A DNA stretch of 64,000 nt from Perna viridis (Eukaryota), in the NCBI GenBank assembly GCA_037379345.1, contig CM074518.1, forward strand, positions 42,807,586 through 42,871,585, read 5' to 3'. This document shows positions 51,101-64,000 of the stretch, in pieces (the first letter of the stretch is position 1; every line of letters starts with the position of its first letter). Position numbers and translations under genes: made by a program. The notes beneath the pieces are model-generated. The model had not been told where the DNA came from. It saw nothing but the letters and a program-made list of their open reading frames with translations, and ran no database searches.

Positions 51101-51481
51101 GTTCTGAAATATTATTTTTTATCAGATTATATCTAAATTTTAAATAAATAGATATCTTCAAACAGTCATTGTCTCTATTTAAAATTCTCAACCCCGAATC
51201 CCAATTTTTCAATCACACATTTACATAAAATGAGAAGAATTTTCAACATTGACTGTTTAAATATATTTGAAATCTACGAAAAATATGAATCTAACCCTAT
51301 GAAATAAGATTTGATTTATTTGAACCGGATAATTTTCATCTGTCGGTGCTGTACCTTGATTTTGTTTCCTTCTGGCATTAACCTCGTTTGCTGCTTCAGT
51401 AATAGCTGTCTCCATTATATCTTGTGTCTGTGCATCAACTGCAACCAATGCAAAATTTAATACAAGTATTAAAAAAATCAT
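38064..51481 (-). CDS. Secreted animal heme peroxidase, paralogue Px2, complete (~690 aa)
   Basis: Exons 5'->3': 51481-51355, 50489-50333, 47991-47801, 47445-47257, 46559-46511, 45707-45607, 43840-43739, 42601-42515, 40772-40055, 39352-39183, 38729-38627, 38142-38064 (TAG); total 2073 nt. Signal peptide MIFLILVLNFALVAVDA. Motifs FRTADGSCNNLKNPLWGA, FGQFIDHD, RTSFLDLSVTYG, GDDRTSE, AYRFGHS, NIQRGRDHG. The exon1/exon2 junction is the least certain. Confidence 0.93.
40960..41165 (+). mobile_element. Penelope-like element 3'-end copy
   Basis: Shared 3' terminus. Confidence 0.82.
41762..42188 (+). mobile_element. Dispersed single copy of the tRNA-Leu-like ~410-bp unit, ending in (TC)n(TA)n
   Basis: Near-identical to 12911-13270 plus its tail; tRNA-like part 41917-42009. 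Confidence 0.88.
48062..48575 (+). mobile_element. Decayed Penelope-like 3' fragment with an internal ~35-bp triplication
   Basis: YRARLLTIRLMEQDYVAIRLHKSLQKFYG; atgaa(c/t)tcatgga(t/c)c.t.acagtgtat three times at 48170-48285; shared 3' UTR. Confidence 0.8.
48737..48860. mobile_element. Internally deleted copy of the 29507-29920 MITE
   Basis: Same TIRs; deletion joins ggagct to aaagtatcg at a CT microhomology. Confidence 0.8.
49808..49950 (+). mobile_element. Penelope-like element 3'-end copy
   Basis: Shared 3' terminus. Confidence 0.85.
50014..50115 (-). ncRNA. Degenerate twister-ribozyme-like sequence (circularly permuted), sense strand of Px2 intron 2
   Basis: Minus strand: aaccgtt..GCGG-GAGGU..(P1 region)..UUUAA-UCC-ACC..G-CUUG-UAAUAAGU-CAGG..ggcggtt. 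Motif order matches a permuted twister; L4 and P2 are imperfect. Confidence 0.45.
50853..51010. mobile_element. Palindromic MITE (~158 bp)
   Basis: TIR aatagaccctttt/aaaagggtctatt plus an internal perfect 25-bp inverted repeat gagcatgctcaatatacacttccgc/gcggaagtgtatattgagcatgctc. Confidence 0.85.
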
Positions 51482-53489
51482 CTTTACAATCTGGTGGTAG
51501 GACAAGAATTGGCACACTTTCTTATCTGAATTCCTACCTATTAATATACGATGAGAATCTTTATTTTCGGTATGCAATCAATCTTTTTATTATGTATTAT
51601 AATTCTTTGTTTTTATATTTATATTTAAAAGAATAAAGGATTGCTTAAAATTTTACAACTATTTAAGTACACGGATCATTTAAAAAGTGACATAATTAGT
51701 TGCACAAGATGTATGGTGAAATAAAATATTGGAAATTACATTATTTCAAACAATTTCATTTAGCATTTAAAAAACGATACTTTAAGACATTCAGGTCTAT
51801 GACCCGTTGTTAAGAACAGAGAACTAGGGCGTTTTACACACAATGTAATGATATTAAATATCGAATAAGATCACTACACACCAGTTGAACCAGAAACGCA
51901 TTTAACCCAATGTGAAATCTCTCTCTTTTTTTCTCTGCTTTTTTGGCAGTCACAATTGAGATAACTATGAAACCAACAAATCCGTTAAATTTTGGTTGCA
52001 TATTTTCTTCTAAGTCTGTTAATTATTATTTCATAATTTTCGTATTCCATACACACGTCATTTTTAAATTCAATATTTCGAAAAACAGTTCATTAATAGA
52101 TTATATTAGCTTCAAGTGATCATATTAAAAAGGAATTGGATAAACATAATAAAACAGGTGTTGCTTTATGAATTTGGCTATCGATGCATCCAACATATTT
52201 GCTCATTTCATGCGCCTAATTCCAAGTTTTAAAGCTATTGTAAAAAAGAGAATTTATGGAAGCTTAGATTATTTTTTATTTCACCTGTAATTGTACCATA
52301 CTTCAAACAAGTTTTATTCGACCAAAAACCTTAATGTATCGCGTAAGAAAAGGAACAGATATAGTGAAACGCAAGAAATACACAATCGTACAAACCTTAT
52401 GAAAAAAGTAAAGTTTTACACATCAAAAGGTCTTCAATTAGTCTAAGCGCACTTTTAAGTAAATTCTGAAAGGCCCGGACTACAAACGTCCATGGAAACA
52501 GAAAGCTGATACTTCTTCAAAACAGACCAAAAGTCAAATTATGACCCGAAGACACATAATGATCAGCCTCCTCTAACTGTTGACAAGCGTATGTCTGCGG
52601 CGGAGTTAAACTGGTTTTATAATAAGACAATAAAAGCGACAAAATGCTAACTTTCCACCCTTAAATCCCTACCAAAACTACATATGCAAAAATATGATCA
52701 CAAATGCTAATTTCTACCATACACAAACTATAAATAGAAGTCTTGAATCCCTATTGTTTTTGTTCTACATTTTTATTATTATTATTATTATCATAATTAT
52801 TAGTCCGAAATTTAGTCCGTAATATCATAAAACTAGAAACATGTATGCGGTACAATCTGAAGTCCAGATTTTCAGCTTTCAAATAGATTTGAAAGTCACC
52901 GTGGCCATAGAAACCAACAAACATTCAAAATACTCTGATAAGTATTTAGATGTTAGGCTTAGGTGGAAATATTATGCCAAATCCAAATTTTGAGTTTTTG
53001 GAACTGTTTGACGTCACAGATGAGACCAGTTTTGGGGGCCCTTCATGATCCTTCAGAATATAAATATCTCTTGTTACTAATTATTTTTTTCAACTAAGAA
53101 CTGATATCTTTCAAAAAATACTTAGTAAGAGATGCATTTTCCCAAACTCCTGATTCAGTAGATATTTATGACGTTCGAGGAAATCAGAGTAGTTAATGCT
53201 TTTTTAGCGAAGGGAATTAATTGTGAAATATAAACATCACAGCACATCACATGCCCCTGGGAACAGGTTTGTTTATTCTTTTTTTTATCACAAAAAGTAT
53301 TATTAAATCATTTTGTGTCCATATTTGAATTCTTATATCTGTTCTAAGACAGCGATTTAATGTTGTTTATGCTATGCCAAGTTTTTTAGTCTATTTCCTT
53401 TTCTAACAAGGGTAGAAACTTTATAAATTATAAAAATAGAACATTTTTGACCAGCAGTAACTTCGCTTCGTCATATATATATGCAAAGT

Positions 53490-54490
53490 AACAAAAGCAA
53501 AATGAACAAATCAGTTTTCATAGTGGAGATGGACACACCGTCACGATCCACGAGTTCATGTTGACGCACATGAAATTTATGAAGTGATAACAACATAACC
53601 CTGTTCCAGAAGTCTAATTGTAAGAAAGTTAGCGCGATAAAAAAAAAGTCTGCGTAGTTATGGCAAGCTCTGGCATAACGTATAAGTTGTGATATGAAAA
53701 CTCCATACCCAGGTGCTGAAGGGATGTTGCCAAAGATATATCTCAAGTTCTGTGGATAGGTGCCATGTACCAAATCCCGTAAACTAGGATTCTTTAACGA
53801 TAACACGTCATCTATATAGCGGAAACTAAGATTAAAGGATATAGCTAAACGATGATTCTTCTTTTGGATCTGATCAGGTATAAAGTCAATCGTCAATCTC
53901 ATAAGAGTGAAGGATTTGGTCAGCAAGTAGAGGAGCATAGTTCGTACCCATTGGAATGCCGACCATTTGTTGAAAAACACGTCGACACTGGACAAATATG
54001 TTGTCGATAAAAAATTCCAGCATTTTGAAAATATCTTAAGTACATGTGGAGCTGATTTGGAAATTTTATTTTACAGAGTATGTGGAATCTCTACCAAGAA
54101 CAATATATTTGTATATATGTGTACCGTCTATTTTGGACTAACAACAATGTATGTTTTGTAGTCGGGATTTTAACTGAATATCGGAAATACAAGTATAAAG
54201 AGTTGCAATATCATAGGTTTTAATGCTATTGTATTCTGATAATTATATTGAATTGAAGATTTCTGGAAGATCTTTCCAATTTTGCAGGATCCACATTGAA
54301 TTAATAAAAATACGGGAGTAACAAGTGTCGTGTTAGAACTAGATATCCTCTTTGACAGCTGTGAGTATAGAAGTTAGAAGTTTTGAAAGACATTTTGCAG
54401 ATCCAGCTATATAGCGTTGTTTGTATGAATTCTTGTGAAGTTTGGGAATCCAGTACATAGACTGTAGATCACAATTATTGCCCTTGAGAG
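53490..54490 (-). mobile_element. Decayed Penelope-like reverse transcriptase (pseudogene fragment)
   Basis: SMYWIPKLHKNSYKQRYIAGSAKC..LTSILTAVK, MWILQN, SFNLSFRYIDDVLSLKNP, GNIPSAPGYGVFISQLIRYARAC; multiple frameshifts and deletions. Confidence 0.85.
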
Positions 54491-57400
54491 ACCAAAAGAG
54501 GATAGCAGGATAGCACAAATTTATGGTTTTAAGTGTCTCAATATGGCTGTATTTAAAAAAATGTTATTAGATTATCTGCATTGGAACATTTTCACTATAT
54601 CGTCGAATAAAACATTTTCCACATACTTAAGTATTAACAAAGTAAAGACGGAACATTCTGTTATATTCTGTCAAGCGGGTGTAACTTTTATTACAAAATT
54701 AAGCATAAATTAACCTTACATTTTGTGCCCGTTGTGCACTTGTTTTGAACCGAGTCAAAATTTAGTGTCACATTAACATGTTATTTATCAAACGGTTAAT
54801 GACGTGTCGGACAAAAGGAATGGGACATTTGTAATGTAAACATATTAATAACAAATCTGTTTATAAAATCGAAATAAACACCAATAAGCACATTTTATCA
54901 ACACCAAAGGATTTGTTATTCTTTGTAGGCCTACAAGATAAAATAAAATGGAGACGTAAGACTCGTGTGTACATGTACTTGCGAATATGTATCACGAAAG
55001 CTTAAAATTCAGTGCTGGTATATGGTGTATATTTGTTCGAGTTCTTTTAAAATTTACCTGAATGAAATATATTCATTATATATCTTGTTTATAATATATA
55101 ATTTATGTAATATGATTTTCTAAGAAAAGAAACAACTATATTTTTTAAATAAGGCTAGGAAAGCAAATGTAAATGAGCAAAAATAAAGACCAGTAGAAAA
55201 TCGAACAAATGTGGACTTAGGTGATCACCATAGCAACTAGGAAATGATGCATTATGTAATTAAATCGATCTTCTGTATAGATTGTTTGCCTGAAACTTAG
55301 ATAGCCCAAAAATATTAATTGTGTCGCAAAGCGACTTCTACAGTACATCTGTATCATATTTAGCGTATAAGGAAACCTCTTTTTTTTATTCATTTGGATA
55401 AATCATGAAAATAAATCTGGTAAAAACCGTTACCTTGACTTGAAACTGGCCGTGTGAACAAGATTCGAGATAAAGAAGAGGTTTCATCGGTCAGTTCGCA
55501 CGTATTCTGTTTATTTTACATTGTATTATGTGTTTGCTTGTTTGTTAANNNNNNNNNNNNNNNNNNNNNNNNNNNNNNNNNNNNNNNNNNNNNNNNNNNN
55601 NNNNNNNNNNNNNNNNNNNNNNNNNNNNNNNNNNNNNNNNNNNNNNNNNNNNNNNNNNNNNNNNNNNNNNNNNNNNNNNNNNNNNNNNNNNNNNNNCATC
55701 TATGGGATTCTAAACTGACATGTGACATCTGGTATTTTCTACCAAATTGAATACGACGATAATTCATCCGCTTGGTGAAACAAACACAATGACACGCTTC
55801 AAATAGTTTCATACTGTATTCAACATAAATGTTCAAAATATACTTTAAGTCAAGAACCACTTTGTCAAAATGCTTTAGTTTTAGTCATGTTTAAAATGGA
55901 AAGCTATAGTTCGTTAATAAGGAATGCTTAGATAACAAGATTTGAAATGTCGGGCGAATCACATATGAAAGGCAGGTTTAAGATCAGAAATTAATATTTT
56001 CCCGTTCCTAAATGAATTATTCAGAAGTAGGGCAAGCCGATATTTATTTACTACAACATATTGCTCTTTCTATATTTATAAAAATAATAATTATTTGATT
56101 GTGGTCCAGCTAAATGTCAGCATTATTGAAAGTTTTCTTGTTATAAATCAGTTGTATCTTTTCATGCGTTATACATTGACACTACATGGCAAGAATAACT
56201 CACGTGAACTAAAATGGTAATTTTTAGCTTATAATCGAGGGAAAAAAAACATGTTGGGTACTTTAGTCTTTATATATCAACATATTCAACATATCTCCTC
56301 ATTTCATGCGAGTATTTTTCAATTTCAATGTGAAAATACTGAGTTTTTCATAAAATGGGAAATTTTCGGAATTTCATATTTTCTTCCATTTTACCTGTAA
56401 TGGGCATTTGTTTTCAAGTACTCTACTTAAAAAAGCTTTTGTATACTTATACACATAGAATCTATTGTGAATTAAGAACAGACAGATTGGAATGAATAAT
56501 TATTTATGTCATTATAATGACCCATAAAACAACCTAATTACAAAAATAAAAATGTGCAGACTTTTATAGGCTGTATCACATATTACATATTAAAGAATTT
56601 GCATTGTTTTTTTTCTTTTTTTACAAAGACTGCTATTTAACACAATAGTGTAATCAAATGGGTATTTTCATATTAAGCCTCGGGCCAATACAGGTGGTCG
56701 AAACCCACTACAAGCACAATGACTTGATAAAGGATTAATATAAAAAATATCCATTTTATGACACATTTTATGGTTTTAAATACTGTATAGAAACTCATCT
56801 TTCAACTGTTGTTTTTGCGAGACAAAAACTGGGCTTTATACAGAATTTACAAGTCCTTATATGAATTTCAGTGGTCTTTATACTGAAAGTTAAAATTCTG
56901 AATAAAGTCCAACAAAAATTCATATGAAGACCAGTAAATCCTTTTTTTTTTTTTTTTTTTTTTGTCGCAAAAACAACAGTTGAAAGTTCTTCGAAAATTA
57001 ATCTTCGAAAATAGCTTGTATATATGATTCAGAGTGGTCCATTGATCTGTGTATGGGTGCAATGATCGTGTTAAGAAAGTACGAATAATAAAGTTTTTCT
57101 CGTTTTCTGCAAGGATTGATATATTTATATCTATATTTGACTCCTTAATTAGGCATACATCCTCGCGTGATGGATACACAACTACTTTACACACTTTTAG
57201 GACTTGAGCTGGAGGTTACAACTAAAATAGTGACACTCACTTTGTGTATTGTTCTTGTTGTGCCGTTGGGTTATATCATTAAACAAGCCCGATAGACTTA
57301 TTTATGACCAAGAGGTAGCGTGGGCGGCTTCTTTTATCTTTACATGGTTCGGCGACTAATGATATAGGTGTCGACGCAGGTGTATTACTTCGATAATAAT

Positions 57401-60400
57401 TGAATTTAATTGAATTTCTTTTGTCTTACGAATTTTGAAATAAAATAATTTACATGGAGAATTTGACACAATACATAATATATAATAGGTGAAAATAGGT
57501 GGGTTTAAGGGAGCCTTTCTAGTACGTACGATATTTTTAAGTCAGTTCAAATATTTAATTTTAGCAAAATGAGTTACCAAATAAAATAATAAAAAAACAA
57601 TAAAAAATTAACAGGTTCGTATTATCCTCTCTACTTGCAAGGACTTCTTGTTATACTTTATTATACAGGTTCACTTGTCAGGAGTAACATTCCGTAAAAA
57701 AAGAGAGAGTTTAAATCTTAGAATATGAATTTAATTTATTTTATGTAAAGAGTTCAATTTTACATCACAAAACATAATGACATATTGCTACGTAATCTTC
57801 CAACAGAAGTGGTGTCGTCTCTCTATGGATTCTAGTCTTTATACATGTAATAGTTCAATATTTCTGACATTGTTTATCATTTTCTTCTCGAAGTGGTTTA
57901 AAGTGATACAACTGTAAGTATATACTCGCTGGCAAACCAAAACTTGCATTTTTGTTCACTCTCAAATGCAGAAATCATGCAAAAAATGCAGGAGCCCCAT
58001 GCATTTCAGCTACTCGATCTACGAATTAAGAACCAATTACGTAACACGGTCACATGACTACATTGCTAATTATAATTCTTATGGCTTGGGTCATCGTAAA
58101 TTTTATTTACTTTATCTTTAATTAAACAACGTAAGTGACTAAAAGGAGCGTTTTGATTGTATATATTAGTTGTAATAATTCAAATAATCCAAAAATTGAA
58201 GAAAAAAATGTTGTCACTCTCCTTTATATTAAACTTAAACACGAAGTTTAATGCAGTAGTTTTTTGCCAATATGTCTTAAAATTAAAAGCACAATGTTTT
58301 CTGTAAAACGCAATATTTATAGCCTCGATTGTATTATTTAAATAGAAGCATAGCTTTTCTAAGATAGGGAAGGAATTTCTGTAAAGCTGTCAATTGCGTT
58401 TACTTCACAGGTTATGTGTAAAATATTCAAACCAACCGTGGAGAACTGTTATCATTCCGTTTTTCTGAATTGAATTAATCTTGAAATAATATTGCTGAAA
58501 CAGCTCGTTTGAAGTGAGGGTTCAAAAATATTGAATCTCCTGATGCTCGCTTCTATAGGCAATGCATACGCATATACCATATTATACTTTACTGCACTGA
58601 ATTCTACATTTGCAAATTTCATAGGAGAAATGTATACTAGTCAACAAACCCAAAATTAGTTAAAATTTCTATTTGAAAACGTCCTATGTGACACGTTAAC
58701 AATAAATTATACGTCTAAAACAGTTTTAGACTGTAAACAGATTTAAACTTGTCGAATTCAAATGAGAAACGTTTGCGCCCTTCAACTGACCCCAAATTAT
58801 GTTATCACGATCAGATGTTCCTTGGGGCGTTTTTTTTTTCGCATGCGATATGCGGTTGCGTCTGCTGATGTTGTGATGCTGCAACGACTTACTACGTTTG
58901 TGTCATTGTTTAGTAATACAGTTTAAGGTCAGAAAGTGTCACCAGTTTTTTTTATATTTTATTTTACCACATGAAAATGTAAGTATGTGTCATCCCATCT
59001 CGAACCATTCCTACTGTTTCTGGTAACGCTTATTTCGGAATACAGGTCGGGTTTGCTTTCCATTTCTTAAAAATAGCTAATTTTAATACTTAGTGCACTA
59101 GCTCAGATATTGAACAGAATAATTCAAATCCTTTCTTGATGCATAATGATCTCGTTGACTACTGGATGGAAAAGTAACATTCCAATTATTATCGTATCCG
59201 TTTCGGAACATTTTTGAAAAAAAAATGGATTAACATATGCTTTTTGGTCGTGCTTACATACATAAATTGGAAAAGAAGCTGTAGATTGAAAAAAATAAAT
59301 ATACATACATATCGACAAATTCACAGTTGATTCGTCTCTTTTATTTATAAGTACAGATACACCTGCGGTCAATTGACCTCACATTTCGTCTCCGGTAATC
59401 TTAGACATTCTGTTCTGTTTAAAAATATACAAAAGCGACAGACCTTTTTACACCTGTCGTATACCAATGATGCGTATGTAAATATCAAATTATAATTTCA
59501 CTTAAGTACGTTATAGTTTCCAGATATTTAGATTTGAGAAAAGTATTTGATTAAATATGAAATACATTTGTAAAGTTTGATATAGAGAACAAGTCATCAT
59601 TGATAAAAGGTGGGGAAGAATAAATGCTCAAAACATGTAGATTGAGACATACAAAGTTGTCAACAGGACAAATATTAAAAATGTTAAATGCAATTGACAT
59701 TATCTTATCCGTTGTTGTGTTTTAGACGAAGTGTCTTGGTATCTGACTGCATCAAATACATTTTAAATCTGCAACTGACCATATACAATGTTACTTTAGG
59801 TGTTAGGAATATGAGAAAAAAATCCCATGAATTTAAAATTGTAACTACAAATTTATTTTTGTAAATATTGTAAAACAAAATGCATTTTATTAAATCCGTT
59901 GCGAATCTGCATCCAATGGTTATTCACATGGCATGGTAGGATGAAGAAAACGCGGCGCAAGATTTGCAATTTAGTGTTTTGCAAATTTAAATTGTATCGT
60001 GTTCTACATAAATATGTATCACCGGGATTCGCAAAGGCAGTAACCCAACGCGACGAGATTTTTTAGTGTGGTTATATGGTTTCGTCTCCAAATCTGGTAG
60101 TGATTTCGGTTTTCTCCATTTCCTTTGTTTCAATACAGTAAAGATTCGTACAGGTATAACAAGAATTAGATACCAGTAGATTTCCATCAAAATAACATCT
60201 TATTCCTTATGCCATTATCTTAAATGTAACCGCATTTTAGGTGTGTTTGTAAGAATCAGGCAAAATGGGAAAATCAGAAACATCCATGTCAAAACCCTTC
60301 CGATCTGACAACTTCTGACCACTTTTTGTTTTTTATATGATTTTTCACTCCGTCAAGTATACCTCTTTTCTTTTTTATCAATGCAGTTTGGTCCCCTTGA

Positions 60401-61716
60401 GTGCAGGAGTCGTGAGTATTATCTCTGGTCGAATAATGCAAACGACTTAAAAATAGATAATCACTATTTATCCGCCGAGCACGCAATATATGGCAAAAAG
60501 TGTGAAGACTGATACATGCTCGTAGTCAGGGGATATGTCAAAGTGAGGGGACATTCCTCCCAATGGATAGTTTCCCCTCAGATCTGAGGATAGTACAAAG
60601 CATGGTTTGCTCGGTTGCACAGCCGTTCTATACTTCAATGCATGAAATGTCCGTCATAGGGCGAAAAGCAACAATCAAGCATTCGATCTATAATTCATAA
60701 TTCAACGGTCGAGTACCGTGTACAGTAAGTAGATTCAAATTATGTTCGATAAATATGTTATTAATACTTCATTGCAATATAAAACTATACTTGAGTAAAA
60801 GAAAGGATACAATACCAATCAAAAATGCAATGATGTTGTTCTTTTATGTTATCGCATACTTTATTGACATAACATTGTTTTTACATATGCAGTAAATGCA
60901 TTGTTTTCTGTGTGTTGTCTGTCTGCGGGACAATAACATTTTATAAGGGCAATATCTGTCCTATGGTTAGCTTTACCGATGTCACTTCCGCGCAACTATC
61001 ACAGTCGATTTGACGCAAAAATGTCAGTCAAATTTGCTGATAACGCACTATTTTCGCTAGTCTTTTAAATTTGTTCTTTCTTTAAAAACAAATTTGATAA
61101 ATTGTTCATTACTGGAATGAAACAAGGGTAAAATAGTTTCCCCTGCTCATTCGGAAATCGGATATAAGTATGTAATAAACAGATTAATAGTATTTTAAAA
61201 ACAATAAAAAAAAAAACATACATTACAGGTATTGCAGTCACATTTTATATTAGCAGATACAGACCATAATGGGAAAAATTCACCATTTTTTTTATTTATG
61301 AACATATATACATGTACATATTTTGTCCTAAAAATAGTTCAATTTGTGCAGGATACGAGGATTAGTATATTTACATACCATTACAAACTTGTAAGGCTTA
61401 ATCCCTCAAGAAAAAAAATCGTGAAATAAGATTTAAACTTCCGTCACATTGCTAAAATAAGAACTATTCCAGCATTTGGCAGTTAAAAAAGTAAAATAAA
61501 ATAGTTTAAGGATGTAGTTGAGGTTCATCACACCAAATAATTAAAAATAATTTTCTACATTTATGAACAAAACAGACATAATTTCATTGTTTAAAGCATT
61601 GTACAGTATGACGCTTACAACAATACGTATTTACAAATTTTAATACACGGATAATTTGACTTGTACTTGTATATGAATCTACAGTTTTTTTTTGTTACAC
61701 GTTGACCTCAGTGAAA

Positions 61717-63716
61717 ATGGGAAGATGTCGATTAATTCATATAACTGTAGTTGTGTCTTTATTCTTTGTTCCAACACTCGGACAAGGTGATATAGAAGCG
61801 GCTATTTCTGAAGCAATTGCTGAAGTAGCACAACGACGACCATGGAGAACAGCATTAGGTAATTAAGTAGCACTCAACATAAGAATCATGCAAATGTGAT
61901 TCATGAAAAGTCTACATATTTTTATTTTTCATATTTTGTTTGAAATTCATAGTAAACTTAAATTTACATGCGTTTTTTCACATAACTAATGTTCATAGGA
62001 GATAAAAATTATATAGAATGCACTGTAGATTTCAAAATTAAGGGAGATAACTCTGTAAATGACACTCAAATAAAATAGAACCTATTGTATTTTCAATGTT
62101 TATTATCTCCTAAGAGCAGGCAGACATGAATGAATAATTACACATTTCACAATTTAGACCCACAAAACAACTGAATTACAAAAATAAAAATATGTAACCT
62201 TTGTTGGGGTGTATCGCATTTTTCAGATTTTGCATGATTCTTACAAACACTGCTACTTAACATTCTAAATGTGCCCTATTACAAATAAAAAAAAACATTG
62301 TTAAATATAGCTTGGAAAAGCATACTAGAGACTTTTTGACGCATCTCACAGCAGACATAATTTTATTTATTTATTAATTTTATGAATGTTAATGTTCTGA
62401 GGCAATCATTTTTTAAGTATATATAATTGCCTTTTCCAGACGATCTGGCATTTTTTTTAATCCCTGGGTTTTCGAGACAAATAATACAAAAAGTAATTAA
62501 CTATTGTTTTATAGTTTGATCTCTGTATGATATGATAAAGCACATATTTCCTTGACAAATGTAAACCATTGTATTGATTGTTTTTTTTTTTTTTTCCACG
62601 CCCATTAAATACTGTAATAACCAAAACAATTTAGATTTTTAGAAACTTATTGTAGAATTGCTAGTATTCAATCAGGTTATGCCCGGGTTGACAGTTTCAT
62701 ATGTACTAATATAATTACACATAGATTTTCTCATTATATATTCCAGGCTGATTAGACCTGTGCTTAATTCGGCGAAATTTGTGTCATATACTATAATAAC
62801 AAGTGCGGTACACACACAACTTTCAACTTATGATATTATCTCGGTGATTTACCGAGTGTTCCCGGTGTATTTTTTTTTTATAATTCACACTGTGAAATAA
62901 ATTCAGTAATTTCACTCTCGCACTTTCTCCAGCCAGAACGTCACAACACAAATATCAATATGCCTACAAAAAATTTAAAAGTTATGTTGAAAATATCAAC
63001 GAATAACGGAAGAAATCTATAAACGTTTGTATTAATTAGGATAATCAATTGCCTAGCGTGAATAACCAAAATATGAACACTCAAGCCAAGAACGCATTAC
63101 GATTTGACTCGTACGCGGAACAAGTTCTCCATACTCGTTAAATAAAGGCGTTCTTATGCACTCTTCATCACCAAATATCACTAGATCTCCATGACGTTTG
63201 TGTCGTAGAGGTGTAAGAAAACGATAAACATGGTTTGGTGCTCTTCCGTTTACTTACCGAGGAGCACACATTGATCAGCACATTTTGGTTATTGTAACTG
63301 TTAAAATACTAATCAAACGATCCGTACAAATGTGTTATAAATCTAAATGTTCAATATAATAATGATTTTATAATGTTCATACATTTGAATATATTCATTG
63401 TAGGATTTTTCTTTACATAATTCTTCTTTAAGATGAAAGCTGCAGCCTTTTCGTTGGCTGTGGGTGTAGGATACCAATACAACAGAACAAGATAGCTAAT
63501 GAATATTTTTATTGTTTCCTGTTGTTTTTGTAATCATTAGTTTTAATTAAATTTGAAATCCTCATACTTAATACGTGCAGGGGCGAACTTAGCTGCACCG
63601 GATCCAATTTCTATGCATGCAATGTTCAGTAGCAGTAGAGAGGCTCCCGGTAATGTTTCTGCATTCGGAAAGGCTGGTGATATTTCCAACACGGCAACGG
63701 CAATCTTTGCTTCTAG
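61717..63716 (+). CDS. Secreted heme peroxidase paralogue Px3, first two coding exons (continues beyond the window)
   Basis: Exon 61717-61858 (MGRCRLIHITVVVSLFFVPTLGQGDIEAAISEAIAEVAQRR..) matches Px2 METAITEAANEVNARR. Exon 63581-63716 (DPISMHAMFSSSREAPGNVSAFGKAGDI..ATAIFASR) matches Px2 DPVYIHSMFSASRESSSAIREFGMAGDI..ATGKYYRR. Same phases (1,2). The catalytic domain is not in the window. Confidence 0.82.
61880..62260 (-). mobile_element. Copy of the ~390-bp asymmetric-IR repeat
   Basis: Reverse complement of 36408-36793 (taagaatcatgcaaat ... ttttgcatgattcttacaaacactgctacttaa). Confidence 0.75.
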
Positions 63717-64000
63717 GTTAGTGTCAAGACCGACATTGTTCTCAATGCAACACGTTGTCATAAATAAGAGAAACTGGTATATTTTCAATTGGTTTTACGC
63801 TGATATGAGACAGTGTAACTTGTAAGAGGACGAAATTGAGTGTATTGATAAATATTTTTTTCACAGATTTACATCAACTAGGATTTATGTTTTCCATGAT
63901 TTTTTGTTTTTTGTTAATGATACGAAACTTGTAAAGCTACTCAGTATTACCTGGTTAATTATCTGTTGGTAACATCCTGTCAAACTGACGCTTCGAACAA

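Noticed and set aside
63433-63463. Extra micro-exon of Px3 (ag|ATGAAAGCTGCAGCCTTT..GTGG|gt, resembling Px2 DAAF)
   Set aside because: It would need a phase-0 upstream donor, but the identified exon 1 ends in phase 1 and splices cleanly to 63581. Cannot be supported without cDNA.

Overview
AT-rich, intron-rich animal genomic DNA with three N-gaps (17347-17475, 46806-46943, 55549-55696). Gene and repeat content suggest a bivalve mollusc, which is an inference. The window holds a cluster of three paralogous animal heme peroxidase genes. Px1 is on + with its 5' end outside the window and stop at 17538. Px2 is on -, complete, with 12 coding exons (51481->38064, ~690 aa, signal peptide). Px3 is on + and only its first two coding exons (from 61717) are in the window. 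Between the convergent Px1 and Px2 lie two tandem 4-exon paralogues encoding signal peptide + FaMeT-like (Methyltransf_FA) domain + PAN/apple-like domain + Cys-rich tail. A Px1 intron carries an antisense APE-RT LINE whose ORF1 and ORF2 are in the same frame, separated by a single TAG with no AUG before the endonuclease motifs (candidate stop-codon readthrough). Next to it is a 1.8-kb fold-back array of a ~410-bp unit carrying a tRNA-Leu-like Pol III cassette. Also present: at least 11 5'-truncated Penelope-like retroelement fragments sharing a structured 3' end, several MITE-like elements, a degenerate twister-ribozyme-like sequence in a Px2 intron, and microsatellites. All gene models were spliced by eye (GT-AG, phase-consistent, cross-checked between paralogues). 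No database searches were run.
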